64,000 bases of DNA from Candidatus Shapirobacteria bacterium (GTDB taxonomy: Bacteria > Patescibacteriota > Microgenomatia > 0-14-0-10-38-17): NCBI GenBank assembly GCA_028695445.1, contig JAQVIV010000001.1:6028-70027 (forward strand), written 5' to 3'. Under the pieces are notes generated by a model that was given only the letters and a program-made list of their open reading frames with translations, did not search any database and was not told where the DNA came from. Of the stretch, positions 39,678-49,323 are shown piece after piece. Both the position numbers and the translations under genes were made by a program. Numbering within the stretch: position 1 is the stretch's first letter; every line of letters starts with the position of its first letter.

Positions 39678-41441
39678 GTGACTAAAAAAATAAAAAAAAC
39701 TAAAACCGGTAAAAATTTTGGTTGGTTTATTTTTACTGGTCTAATAGCCTTGGGTCTGATGATTCCCGCCGTTTACGAACTGGCTTTTTATGGCCAAATT
39801 TATCCTGGCGTTAAAATTCAGGGAATAGTCTTGGGAAACCTAACTCCCCAAGAGGCCCAAAAAAAGTTGGAACAGCAAATCCGATCACAAACCCCAGAAA
39901 CAATCACTTTTCAATTCGAAGACCAACAATGGCGGCTGGCAATCATCGACCTCAATTTAAAATTCAGCGCCGACCAAGCCATTGCCGCCGCTTACCGAAT
40001 CGGCCGAAACGGAACAGCTATTAACCGACTAAAAGAAAAGATTACCGCTTGGCAAAAGGGTATTAATCTTAACCTTGATTGGTACTTCAACCAAGAGACA
40101 GTTGACAAACAAATTAATCTCATTGCCAAAAACCTTGATCGTCCAGGCCGGCCCACCCAGCTTCTCTACCAAGGAACCAATATCGTTGTTCACCCCGGCC
40201 AAGAAGGTTTGTCAGTTGATCAAAGAAGGCTAAAAGAACTGGCTATTAGCCAAATTGTCAATCTTGGCCAAGAACCAATTTTGATCCCAACTCGAACCAT
40301 CAATCCAGTTCCAAACCAAGAAACCATTACTAGGCTCCAAGAGCAATCCCAAAGCTTGCGGGGTAAAAAAATTATTTTAGAGCTAGAGGCAGAAAGCTTT
40401 GTTATCAACGATACTGATTTAGTTAGTTTTCTCCATTACAATCCGGCCGCCAGCCAAAATAACATTGCCAAATGGGTAGCCGATTTTGCCAACCAAGTTA
40501 ACCGTTCACCCAAGAATGCTCGTTTTTCATTCCAAAACGAAACCCTGCTGGTAACCGAACCCTCTTGGTCAGGACAAAAAGTAGAAGAAAAAGAGTTAAT
40601 TAACCTAATCGAAAAAAACTTAATTAGTCTTGCCGCTGGCAATGACAAAGAAATTATCTTTGATTTACCAGCCCAAATTGTCCCCGCCAAAACCAGGGCC
40701 GAAGATGCCAACTCTCTGGGTATTAAAGAAAGAATTGGTCAAGGCGAGTCTCACTATCGCGGTTCTTCTACCTCAAGAGTAAACAATATCAAAGTAGCCG
40801 CCCAAGAATTAAACGGCCAATTAGTGGCTCCGGAAGAAATTTTCTCTTTCAATAACGCTCTGGGCGAAGTCACTTTTCAGGCCGGTTATCAAACCGGCTA
40901 CATTATTAAGAACGGGCAAACTATTCCCGGTATCGGCGGCGGGGTTTGTCAAGTTTCAACCACCCTGTTTCGGGCGATTCTTGATGCCGGCTTGCCGGTT
41001 GAAGAAAGACACCCTCATGCCTATCGAGTTGGCGTTTATGAACAAGAATCTCAACCAGGTTTAGATGCCACCGTTTTTGCTCCTAGCCCAGATTTAAAAT
41101 TTAAAAATGATACCGGCCACTACCTATTGGTCCAAACTGTTTTCTTGCCCCAAGAATGGCGATTAATTATCGATTTTTACGGTACCAATGATGGCCGCCT
41201 TAGTAGTTTATCAAATTTTCGCCTTTGGGATGTTACTCCACCGCCACCCCCTCTTTACATTGACGATCCCTCTCTGCCAAAAGATGAAATCAAGCAAATT
41301 GACTGGGCCGCTTACGGAGCTAAGGCCGCCTTTGATTGGGAGGTTGTTCGTGATGGTAAAATCCTACAAAAGGAAACTTTCTATTCTTATTATCAACCCT
41401 GGCAAGCCAAATATCTGAAAGGTACCGGAGGAAACAATTGA
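39678..41441 (+). CDS. VanW-family protein
   Basis: 'GGGVCQVSTTLFRAILDAGLPVEERHPHAY' VanW signature; N-terminal TM. Confidence 0.7.
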   Translation: MTKKIKKTKTGKNFGWFIFTGLIALGLMIPAVYELAFYGQIYPGVKIQGIVLGNLTPQEAQKKLEQQIRSQTPETITFQFEDQQWRLAIIDLNLKFSADQAIAAAYRIGRNGTAINRLKEKITAWQKGINLNLDWYFNQETVDKQINLIAKNLDRPGRPTQLLYQGTNIVVHPGQEGLSVDQRRLKELAISQIVNLGQEPILIPTRTINPVPNQETITRLQEQSQSLRGKKIILELEAESFVINDTDLVSFLHYNPAASQNNIAKWVADFANQVNRSPKNARFSFQNETLLVTEPSWSGQKVEEKELINLIEKNLISLAAGNDKEIIFDLPAQIVPAKTRAEDANSLGIKERIGQGESHYRGSSTSRVNNIKVAAQELNGQLVAPEEIFSFNNALGEVTFQAGYQTGYIIKNGQTIPGIGGGVCQVSTTLFRAILDAGLPVEERHPHAYRVGVYEQESQPGLDATVFAPSPDLKFKNDTGHYLLVQTVFLPQEWRLIIDFYGTNDGRLSSLSNFRLWDVTPPPPPLYIDDPSLPKDEIKQIDWAAYGAKAAFDWEVVRDGKILQKETFYSYYQPWQAKYLKGTGGNN

Positions 41442-41450
41442 TAAAATTTC

Positions 41451-41553
41451 AAATTTCTAATTTTTAATTCTTATTGAATTTCTAATGATTTAATGTTTTA
41501 AGCATTTAGACAATAAAAATTGAATAGAAATTAGAAATTAAGAATTAGAAATT
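41451..41553. repeat. inverted pair of the dispersed AT-rich intergenic repeat (reverse-complement copy 41451-41495, ~25-nt spacer, direct copy 41520-41553)
   Basis: Reverse complement of 41451-41495 is 'cattaaatcattagaaattcaataagaattaaaaattagaaattt', near-identical to 51171-51213. Confidence 0.55.
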
Positions 41554-41573
41554 ATTTACCTAGATACTATACT

Positions 41574-42626
41574 ATGATTATCCTTGGTATCGAAACCTCT
41601 TGCGATGAAACCTCGGTGGCTATCGTTGAGAATGGCCGCCGGGTGCTATCGGTAGCCACGGCTTCATCAGAGGAACTGCACCAAAAAACCGGTGGTATTG
41701 TCCCGGAATCGGCCGCTCGAGAACAACTCTCCTGTATGATTCCGGTTCTAGAAGAAACTCTAATCCAATTCCAACCTAAAATAAAACCGCAAAAAGCTTT
41801 GGAAAAAATTGATGCTTTGGCAGTCACTTATGGGCCCGGATTAATCGGCTCGTTATTAGTCGGAATCGAAACCGCCAAAGCCCTAAGCTTGGTTACCGGT
41901 AAACCATTAGTGCCGGTTAATCACCTAGAAGCCCATATTTTTGGCAATTGGCTGGAGAAAAGACCTGATCAATTTCCGAATCTGCCAGGCTTGGCCTTAA
42001 TCGCCTCCGGCGGTCACACCGAACTGATTTTAGTCAATAAAAAGGATAAAAAATACCAGTTTACCTTCCTTGGCGGCACCAGAGACGACGCCTCAGGCGA
42101 ATGTTTTGATAAGTGTGCCCGTGTTTTGGGCTTGGACTATCCGGGAGGGCCGGCCATCGCCCAAAGCGCTCAAGGGGCTCCGGAAAAACTGATTGGTAAT
42201 CCTCCCCTTAGTCTGCCTCGGCCAATGGTTGATCAAAAAAATCTTGACTTTTCTTTTTCCGGATTAAAAACGGCCGTTATTAACCAGGTCCGGAAACTTA
42301 GAGAAGAGGGCTTTTTAAACGAGGAGACGAAAAACTTTTTTGCTTGGGAAATTCAAGAGGCCATTACCGACTGTTTGGTCAAAAAAACTATTCAGGCGGC
42401 GAAAAAATACCCGGTTGGGTCACTGCTCTTGGGCGGTGGGGTAACCGCTAATCAAGTATTGCGAGAAAAGCTTCAGGAAGAAGCCAATAAATTAAATTTT
42501 AATCTTTTTATCCCCGGAATTCGTTATTGCACCGATAATGCCACCATTGTTGCCGCCGCCGCTTATTTTAACTACCAACCCATCCCCTGGTCAAAAATTA
42601 CCCCCCAGCCAAGTCTTTCATTTTAA
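41574..42626 (+). CDS. tsaD: tRNA N6-adenosine threonylcarbamoyltransferase
   Basis: 'ILGIETSCDETSVAIV', 'HLEAHI', Kae1/TsaD family. Confidence 0.85.
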   Translation: MIILGIETSCDETSVAIVENGRRVLSVATASSEELHQKTGGIVPESAAREQLSCMIPVLEETLIQFQPKIKPQKALEKIDALAVTYGPGLIGSLLVGIETAKALSLVTGKPLVPVNHLEAHIFGNWLEKRPDQFPNLPGLALIASGGHTELILVNKKDKKYQFTFLGGTRDDASGECFDKCARVLGLDYPGGPAIAQSAQGAPEKLIGNPPLSLPRPMVDQKNLDFSFSGLKTAVINQVRKLREEGFLNEETKNFFAWEIQEAITDCLVKKTIQAAKKYPVGSLLLGGGVTANQVLREKLQEEANKLNFNLFIPGIRYCTDNATIVAAAAYFNYQPIPWSKITPQPSLSF

Positions 42627-42655
42627 CCACCTCGAGGGTGGAACACCCTAAGGTG

Positions 42656-43684
42656 TCACCAAACACCGCTAATTTCCTGACCGCAATTTGGGCATTGACC
42701 CTCTTTTAGGCTCGACCTAACCAAAAAATAACCGTCTCTTTTAACCAACTCTTGGCCACAGCCAGGACAATAAGTTGAGGCGTTTTTGGTGCTGGCAATA
42801 TTCCCCAAGTATACATAATTTAGACCAGCCTTTTGGCCAATTTGATAGGCTTTGATTAATTTTTCCCGAGAGGTTGGCTTCCTGTCCATCATCTGATAAT
42901 CGGGATGAAAGGCCGACAAGTGCCAGGGAATATCAGGCGAAACTTTTTTAATAAACTTGGCCATTTGGGTTAATTCTTTGACCGAATCATTTTCTCCCGA
43001 AATTACTAAGGTTGTCACCTCTGTCCAAATCCCGGCCTGATGATATTTTTTAATATTTTCCAAAACCGGAGCCAGTTTTGCCCCACCGCAAACTTCCCGA
43101 TAAAAATCATCTCGAAAACTCTTTAAGTCAATATTGACCGCATCAAGATGGTCTTTAGTTAACCGAAATGATTCCGGTGATTGATAACCGTTGGTAACGA
43201 AAATATTTTTTAAGCCCTTTAGGTGGGCTAGTCTCATCGTATCAAGAGCATAGTCAATAAAAACAGCCGGTTCATTATAGGTGTAGGCAATCGAGGCGCA
43301 ATTTTTCTTCAGGGCCAGGCTAGCCAATTGCTTGGGGGTAAATTTTTTTGAATATTGTTTAATTTGCCGTAGTGGTTCTTTTTCTTGTTTTACCCCCTGC
43401 GATTGAAACCAGTTCTGGCAAAACTGGCAGGCAAAGTTACACCCCAGGGTGCCAAAAGACAAGGCCTTACTTCCAGGCAAAAAATGAAATAAGGGCTTTT
43501 TTTCCACCGGATCAAGGCTTGGCCCAACCGCCCAACCATAAACCAAAGAATAAAGCTGACCATCTTTATTTTCCCTAACCGAACAAGCCCCTCTTTGACC
43601 ATTGGTAATTTGACAATAGCGCCAACAAGCCTGGCAAAGAACCCGATTATCTTCTAGCTTTTTAAATAGCTTTGCTTTTCTCAT
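42656..43684 (-). CDS. radical SAM enzyme of the AmmeMemoRadiSam system type (PflA-like) with C-terminal Zn ribbon
   Basis: 'GCNFACQFCQNW' CxxxCxxC, N-terminal Cys cluster, C-terminal 'CPGCG...CPNCG'. Confidence 0.6.
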   Translation of the reverse strand: MRKAKLFKKLEDNRVLCQACWRYCQITNGQRGACSVRENKDGQLYSLVYGWAVGPSLDPVEKKPLFHFLPGSKALSFGTLGCNFACQFCQNWFQSQGVKQEKEPLRQIKQYSKKFTPKQLASLALKKNCASIAYTYNEPAVFIDYALDTMRLAHLKGLKNIFVTNGYQSPESFRLTKDHLDAVNIDLKSFRDDFYREVCGGAKLAPVLENIKKYHQAGIWTEVTTLVISGENDSVKELTQMAKFIKKVSPDIPWHLSAFHPDYQMMDRKPTSREKLIKAYQIGQKAGLNYVYLGNIASTKNASTYCPGCGQELVKRDGYFLVRSSLKEGQCPNCGQEISGVW

Positions 43685-43697
43685 ACTAACAATGATT

Positions 43698-45095
43698 TCA
43701 AATATTTTTAACTGTTATTTTCGGCTTCCCTTGCCGCCAAGCTTTAATAATCGGCTCAACAAAACGCCATTGGGCCATGACTTCATCAGTGCTAACAAAC
43801 AAAGTTTGGTCACCGATTAAAATATCTAAAAGAAGTTTTTCATAGTCGCTAGCAAATTTTTCACCGTTAAAATTAGCCCGATAATCAAAGCTCATCTTGG
43901 CCTCTGAAAGACGATCGACCAGGCCTGGTTTTTTAACCAACAGCGTCAAAAAGATCGTTTCTTTAGGTTTGACTCGATAAACTAGAACATTCTGGCAAGA
44001 CGAACTTTGGTGAAAACACTTAGACGGTTGTTTAAAAAAAATTTTGGCTTCAACTAAATTTTTCTTCATTGCCTTGCCGGCCTCCAAAATTAAAGGAACA
44101 CCAGCTAAATTACCATCAGAAAAAGAAGTACTAATTTTAAAATAGGTTTCGGTCGAAGAATTCTTCTTTACCCCCAGCTGGTTCCGATAACCATCGTATT
44201 GGGCTCGAACGGTTTTTTTCTCTACTTGACCAGGAGACAAAATCGCCAAATTTTTTAAAGCCTTGGCTCGGGTTTTTCTGATTGCCCCTGAAGAAGAATC
44301 TTGGGGTTGATCCATCGTCAAAAGGGCCAAAAATTGCAGTAAATGGTTTTGGCCCACGTCCCTCAGGGCCCCCAAACCGTCATAAAAAGCCGTCCTGCCA
44401 TCGGCTACTTTTTCTTTCTCCCAAAGCCTAACCTCAACTTTATCAATAAATTGCTTATTCCAAATTGGGGTTAAAAAAGTATTATCAAACCTTAAAGCCA
44501 AAATATTTCTCAAGTTCTCTTTGGCCAAGTAGTGATCAATTCGATAAACCTGATTTTCGGCAAAAAGACTACCTAATAGTTGATCTAGCTTTTTAGCGGT
44601 AGGCAAATCCTGGCCAAAAGGTTTTTCTAGAGCTATCCTAGTCCAAGAACTATTATTACAAGTAACCACCAAATTATTCTCTTTTAAACCGACCAAAATT
44701 GTCTGATAAAAATGGGGGGAAACGGCCAAATAATAAAGTTTGTTGGTGCAACTACTTGCCTGTCGATCAATTTTTCTTACTCTCTTGGCCAAATCAACAA
44801 ATGAGGAAGGACAAGTAAAATCGGCCTTAAAATAAGAAAAAATGGCTAAAAAATCATTCCAAAGACTCTTTCGGGGGAAACCCTCTTCGATCATAATTTT
44901 TTCCAAATGAGCCCGCAGGTCGTTATCATCCCAATCACGCCGGGAAAGACCAAGAACCAAAAAATCTTTTTTGGGTAATTTCCCCTGGAGAAACAAATTA
45001 AATAAAGCCCATAATAATTTAGTTTTAACTAAATCACCGGTAATACCAAAAACAATCAAGGTGGTTGGTCTTTTAGTCATCAAATTATTCGGCAA
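43698..45095 (-). CDS. zwf: glucose-6-phosphate 1-dehydrogenase-like
   Basis: 'VFGITGDLVKTKL' NADP motif, 'RIDHYLAKE' G6PD active-site signature, 'EKPFG'. Confidence 0.65.
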   Translation of the reverse strand: MPNNLMTKRPTTLIVFGITGDLVKTKLLWALFNLFLQGKLPKKDFLVLGLSRRDWDDNDLRAHLEKIMIEEGFPRKSLWNDFLAIFSYFKADFTCPSSFVDLAKRVRKIDRQASSCTNKLYYLAVSPHFYQTILVGLKENNLVVTCNNSSWTRIALEKPFGQDLPTAKKLDQLLGSLFAENQVYRIDHYLAKENLRNILALRFDNTFLTPIWNKQFIDKVEVRLWEKEKVADGRTAFYDGLGALRDVGQNHLLQFLALLTMDQPQDSSSGAIRKTRAKALKNLAILSPGQVEKKTVRAQYDGYRNQLGVKKNSSTETYFKISTSFSDGNLAGVPLILEAGKAMKKNLVEAKIFFKQPSKCFHQSSSCQNVLVYRVKPKETIFLTLLVKKPGLVDRLSEAKMSFDYRANFNGEKFASDYEKLLLDILIGDQTLFVSTDEVMAQWRFVEPIIKAWRQGKPKITVKNI

Positions 45096-46602
45096 AAGAT
45101 TCCACAGTATAAATGAAAATTTCTGTCGCTGGATCTAAATAACAATCTCTATTAAGGCCCATTTTTTGAGCGCAAATCTCTCCCAAAAAGTCCTCTTTAG
45201 TCCAATCGCCTTCTTGGGCCACTTGAGGAAGAAATGTCCCCGTTAAGGTATCCTGCTTTAAATAAACACCATGCTTGCCAAGTTCAACTTCTTCCCAAGA
45301 GGTCACTTTTTTAAGCGGAGAAAGAAGAGAAATTTCAATAGTAATTTCTTCTAATTCATCTTTGGTAACGGGCGAAAAGCGGGGATCATTGGCGGCCGCG
45401 GCAATAGCCATATTGGCCACTGCTTGCCAAACCGGCTCCTTAGCCTCAAAACCGCCAAGACAACCCCGAAGCTGACCATTTTTTTTGAGAGTAACAAAAA
45501 CAGCCCTTTTGGTTTCCAAAGAAGCCTTGGGGGCTTTTTTTAGGGGGATTTGGCCGGTAGCCAAATAACCAGTTAAAGCTTCTCTGGCCCAAGAGAGTAA
45601 TATTTGTTTCTCTTCCTGGTCAATTCCAACAAAGTCTTGTTCCTGTTTTAGCCAAAAAGCCACTGCCCCATAACCAACCACCTGTTCTGTCTGACCAGAA
45701 ACTACCCCCGAATCGCCTTGAGCCAAAATTTTGGCCTCTTTTAGACCAATTTTACTGGCAACCAACAAACCCACTCTAATGGCATCAGCCCCGCAGGCAA
45801 AAGTATCAACCGCCGGATATTGATTGGCCAAATTGGCCAGTGTTTGGCCAAACCTTTCCCTACTACCGGAGGCAATCGCCGCCAGGGTTTTAGTATCAAC
45901 CTTTTGGGCCGTGATTTGATCGGGATAATGAGACAAATCAGAAGAAATTACCAGCAAGGTTTTTGGGTCATTGGCCAAAACTTGAGTTAATTTTTGAGCC
46001 AAAGCCAAAAGATCAGAATCTTTAACCTGACCGATTAAAATTGGAACAATGCTAAAATCAGATAAAACCGTTTGTAAAAAAGGCAACTCCACTTCAAGAA
46101 CATGATCATCCTGATGAGTCCGACGATTAACAACAATTACTCCTTGATCAACCAAATTAGCAATCAAATTTTTATCTGTCGACACCTGACCCAAGGGGGT
46201 CTGCCAAAAATCATGATCATCCAAAACAATTTTGTCAGTTGATGATCGGTGAGTGGTTCCCAATAAAATTACCCGATTAAAACCGCTACTTTTGAGAAGA
46301 TTAAAACCGTAAGCGGCCACTGGGCCAGAATACGACCAGCCGGCATGAGGGACAATAATTATTTGCGGTGGCAAAGAAAAGGCAAAGTTAGCCTCAGCCA
46401 AAAAAGTCTTTATTTGTTTCCTGGCTTCCCCCTCTTCTTCAGGATAAAATTGTCCGGCTACTGCCGGCAAGCGAACCAAAAAATCTTTCTCATTATTCAT
46501 GATGGCACCCTTCTCTAATTTTAGCAAAACTGCCAAAGTTACCAAAAACAAAGCCACGGCCCCGAAAACAAAGAAACCCAACACTCTTCGCTTATTTTTC
46601 AT
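45085..46602 (-). CDS. fused MEMO1-family / AMMECR1-domain protein with N-terminal TM
   Basis: MEMO1 'AGQFYPEEE...IIVPHAGWSYSGPVAAYGF'; AMMECR1 'RAVFVTLKKNGQLRGCLGGF...NDPRFSPV'. Confidence 0.65.
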   Translation of the reverse strand: MKNKRRVLGFFVFGAVALFLVTLAVLLKLEKGAIMNNEKDFLVRLPAVAGQFYPEEEGEARKQIKTFLAEANFAFSLPPQIIIVPHAGWSYSGPVAAYGFNLLKSSGFNRVILLGTTHRSSTDKIVLDDHDFWQTPLGQVSTDKNLIANLVDQGVIVVNRRTHQDDHVLEVELPFLQTVLSDFSIVPILIGQVKDSDLLALAQKLTQVLANDPKTLLVISSDLSHYPDQITAQKVDTKTLAAIASGSRERFGQTLANLANQYPAVDTFACGADAIRVGLLVASKIGLKEAKILAQGDSGVVSGQTEQVVGYGAVAFWLKQEQDFVGIDQEEKQILLSWAREALTGYLATGQIPLKKAPKASLETKRAVFVTLKKNGQLRGCLGGFEAKEPVWQAVANMAIAAAANDPRFSPVTKDELEEITIEISLLSPLKKVTSWEEVELGKHGVYLKQDTLTGTFLPQVAQEGDWTKEDFLGEICAQKMGLNRDCYLDPATEIFIYTVESFAE

Positions 46603-46718
46603 AAACCAATTTTAACAGTTCTTGCCTTCCAGCACCGGAATCTAGAGGATAATAATAGTTTATCGTTCTGTTGGATCCCGGATCCGGCAGAAGCTGATTT
46701 TCCGATCAATTTATTTGT

Positions 46719-46724
46719 TGCTAT
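46719..46724 (+). promoter_or_regulatory. candidate extended -10 (TGcTATAAT) for valS
   Basis: TATAAT 16 nt upstream of the valS ATG, preceded by TG. Confidence 0.35.
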
Positions 46725-46739
46725 AATAAATTAATTATC

Positions 46740-48836
46740 ATGGATAAACGCTACCAACCCGAAAAAACTGAAAAAGAGATTAGCGCTCTTTGGGAAAAGA
46801 GTGATTGCTTTACTCCTAAAGTTGATCCCAAAAAAGAGCCTTTTGTTATTACCCTGCCTCCCCCCAATGTTACCGGCGGCCTTCACGCCGGCCATGCTAT
46901 GTACACAATTGAGGATATTATGGCCCGCTTTAATCGAATGAAAGGAATACCAACCCTGTTTCTGCCCGGTTTTGACCATGCCTCAATTGCAGTAGAATAT
47001 TTAGTTAGTAAACAGATTAGAAAAAAAGGAAAGACAAAGTTTGATCTTGGCAAAGAAGAATTCCTAAAACAGGCCCACCAATTTGCCGATCAGTCTCGGG
47101 ATTACATAAAAAAACAGTTAAAACTGTTAGGCTTTTCTTTAGACTGGTCGCGAGAGGCCTACACCATGAGCCAGGATTACTCTGAAGCAGTCAAGACTGC
47201 TTTTAATCACCTAAAAGAAAGGGGGCTGATTTATCAGGGGGAAACTATTGTCAATTGGTGCCCCGATTGTCAAACGGTTCTTTCCGATCTAGAAAATGAA
47301 CATCTTGAAAAAAGAGGTCAACTTTATTACCTTAAATACGGCCCCGTTACCATCGCTACCACCCGACCAGAAACCATGTTTGCCGATGTGGCGGTGGCCG
47401 TTCATCCTGATAACAAGCAATATAAATCCCTGATTGGCCAAAAAATTCCCCTTCCTTTAACAAAACGAAAGATTCCGATTATTACTGATGAGACAGTTGA
47501 CCCGGAATTTGGCACCGGGGCCTTAAAAATTACCCCCGCCCATGACGAGTTAGATTTTCAAATCGGCAAGCGCCACCACCTCAAAACCCTAATTGCCATC
47601 GACAAAGAGGGCAGACTAACTAAAATCACCGGTCCCTTCCAGGGCTTGACTGCTCAAGAAGCCAGAAAGAGGGTGATCGAAAAGCTAGAGAAACAAGGCC
47701 TGTTGGTTAAAACCGAAACCATCACCCACTCGGTTGGCCATTGCCAGCGTTGCGGAACAACAACCGAACCGCAAATTTCCCTTCAGTGGTTTGTCAGGAC
47801 CAAGCCTTTGGCCAAAAGGGCTATTCAAGCGGTTAAAAAAGGCCAGATTAAAATCGTTCCCGATCATTTTGCTAAAATTTATTTTCATTGGCTAGGAAAT
47901 ATTCATGATTGGTGTATTTCCCGACAGCTCTGGTGGGGCCACCCAATTCCGGTTAAGGGGGAATCGGCCATTTTAGACACTTGGTTTTCTTCTTCTCTTT
48001 GGCCAATGGCTACCTTGGGCTGGCCAAAAAAAACAGCTGATTTTGCCTACTTTTATCCCAATACTATTCGAGAAACCGGTTACGACATCATCTTCTTTTG
48101 GGTCGCCCGAGAAATTATGATGTGTCTGGAATTAACAGGTAAGATCCCTTTCAAAACCGTTTATCTTCACGGTTTGGTCCGCGATGAAAAAGGCCGTAAA
48201 TTTTCCAAAACCAAAGGCATTGGTTTTGATCCGGTAGAAACCATTGCTAAAAACGGGGCCGACGCCCTAAGAATGGCCTTGGTTTTAGGCAATGCTCCCG
48301 GAGCCGACGTCTCCCTGCCGGAAGAAAAAGTAATCAGCATGCGCAATTTTACCAACAAAATTTGGAATGCCACCCGATTCATTATAATGAACCAGAACAA
48401 TTTTAATTTAAAGATTAAAAGTCCGAAGTTAAATTTGCCTTCTTTTGGTAAAAATAATGAGGATGATCAAAAAATTTTAAAATCACTGGAAAAAACTATT
48501 GACAGCGTTACCAACCATATTGATAACTATCGTTTTGGCCAAGCCGCCGAAGATATTTACGGCTTTTTCTGGCATAAATTTTGTGATATTTATATTGAAC
48601 AAACCAAAGACCGGCTTTATGATCAAGATAATCCTGGTGGCCAGCAAGAAGCTCTATTAGTATTGCTCTTCGTCTTAAAAAAAAGCCTAAAACTACTTCA
48701 TCCTTTTATGCCCTTTGTCACCGAGGAGATTTGGACTAATCAGCTAGGAGAAAAAACCCCTTTAGCAATTTCACCCTGGCCGAAAATAACAGTTAAAAAT
48801 TCAAAGTCAAAAATTAAAAATCCTAATAGAAATTAG
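46740..48836 (+). CDS. valS: valine--tRNA ligase (compact form, 698 aa, no long C-terminal coiled coil)
   Basis: 'PPPNVTGGLHAGHA' HIGH motif, editing-domain 'TTRPETMFADVAVAVHP', 'KFSKTKG' KMSKS. Confidence 0.8.
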   Translation: MDKRYQPEKTEKEISALWEKSDCFTPKVDPKKEPFVITLPPPNVTGGLHAGHAMYTIEDIMARFNRMKGIPTLFLPGFDHASIAVEYLVSKQIRKKGKTKFDLGKEEFLKQAHQFADQSRDYIKKQLKLLGFSLDWSREAYTMSQDYSEAVKTAFNHLKERGLIYQGETIVNWCPDCQTVLSDLENEHLEKRGQLYYLKYGPVTIATTRPETMFADVAVAVHPDNKQYKSLIGQKIPLPLTKRKIPIITDETVDPEFGTGALKITPAHDELDFQIGKRHHLKTLIAIDKEGRLTKITGPFQGLTAQEARKRVIEKLEKQGLLVKTETITHSVGHCQRCGTTTEPQISLQWFVRTKPLAKRAIQAVKKGQIKIVPDHFAKIYFHWLGNIHDWCISRQLWWGHPIPVKGESAILDTWFSSSLWPMATLGWPKKTADFAYFYPNTIRETGYDIIFFWVAREIMMCLELTGKIPFKTVYLHGLVRDEKGRKFSKTKGIGFDPVETIAKNGADALRMALVLGNAPGADVSLPEEKVISMRNFTNKIWNATRFIIMNQNNFNLKIKSPKLNLPSFGKNNEDDQKILKSLEKTIDSVTNHIDNYRFGQAAEDIYGFFWHKFCDIYIEQTKDRLYDQDNPGGQQEALLVLLFVLKKSLKLLHPFMPFVTEEIWTNQLGEKTPLAISPWPKITVKNSKSKIKNPNRN

Positions 48837-48992
48837 AAATTAAAAACAAATTGCTAAATTGCTACATTGTCTAATTGCTTTTTTAGGCTTGTTTTTAATA
48901 GCAAAAACATCGCCAACAATTTAACAATTCAGCAGTGTAACAATGTTCTTTTCATTAAAAATTAGAAATTAGAAATTTTTAAGGAAAGGGGG

Positions 48993-49262
48993 GTGAGGAA
49001 AATGAAAAAGGTCAAAATTCAAAAAAAAGATGGCCGCATCGAAGATTTTGATAAGGAGAAATTAGAAAGAAGCGTTTTTTCTGCCGGAGCCACTAAGGGT
49101 CAATCCCAACTAGTTACTCAAGAGGTAGAAGAGTGGCTTTACAACGTTGCCCTAGAAGAAATCGTTAACACTCAGGAAATTCGTAATAAGATCATTGGCT
49201 CTCTAACAGAAAAAAACCCCAGGGCGGCTAAGAGCTACCAAGAGTACCAAAAAAAAGGTTAA
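48993..49262 (+). CDS. stand-alone ATP-cone domain protein
   Basis: 'VKIQKKDGRIEDFDKEKLERSV' matches the ATP-cone N-terminal signature; 89 aa. Strong RBS 'AAGGAAAGGGGGGTGAGG'. Confidence 0.5.
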   Translation: MRKMKKVKIQKKDGRIEDFDKEKLERSVFSAGATKGQSQLVTQEVEEWLYNVALEEIVNTQEIRNKIIGSLTEKNPRAAKSYQEYQKKG

Positions 49263-49323
49263 ACCGGTTTTCCGTTCTCAAAAAATAGTTGCCTAAAATC
49301 CTTAAGTATTAGGTAATATTGTT

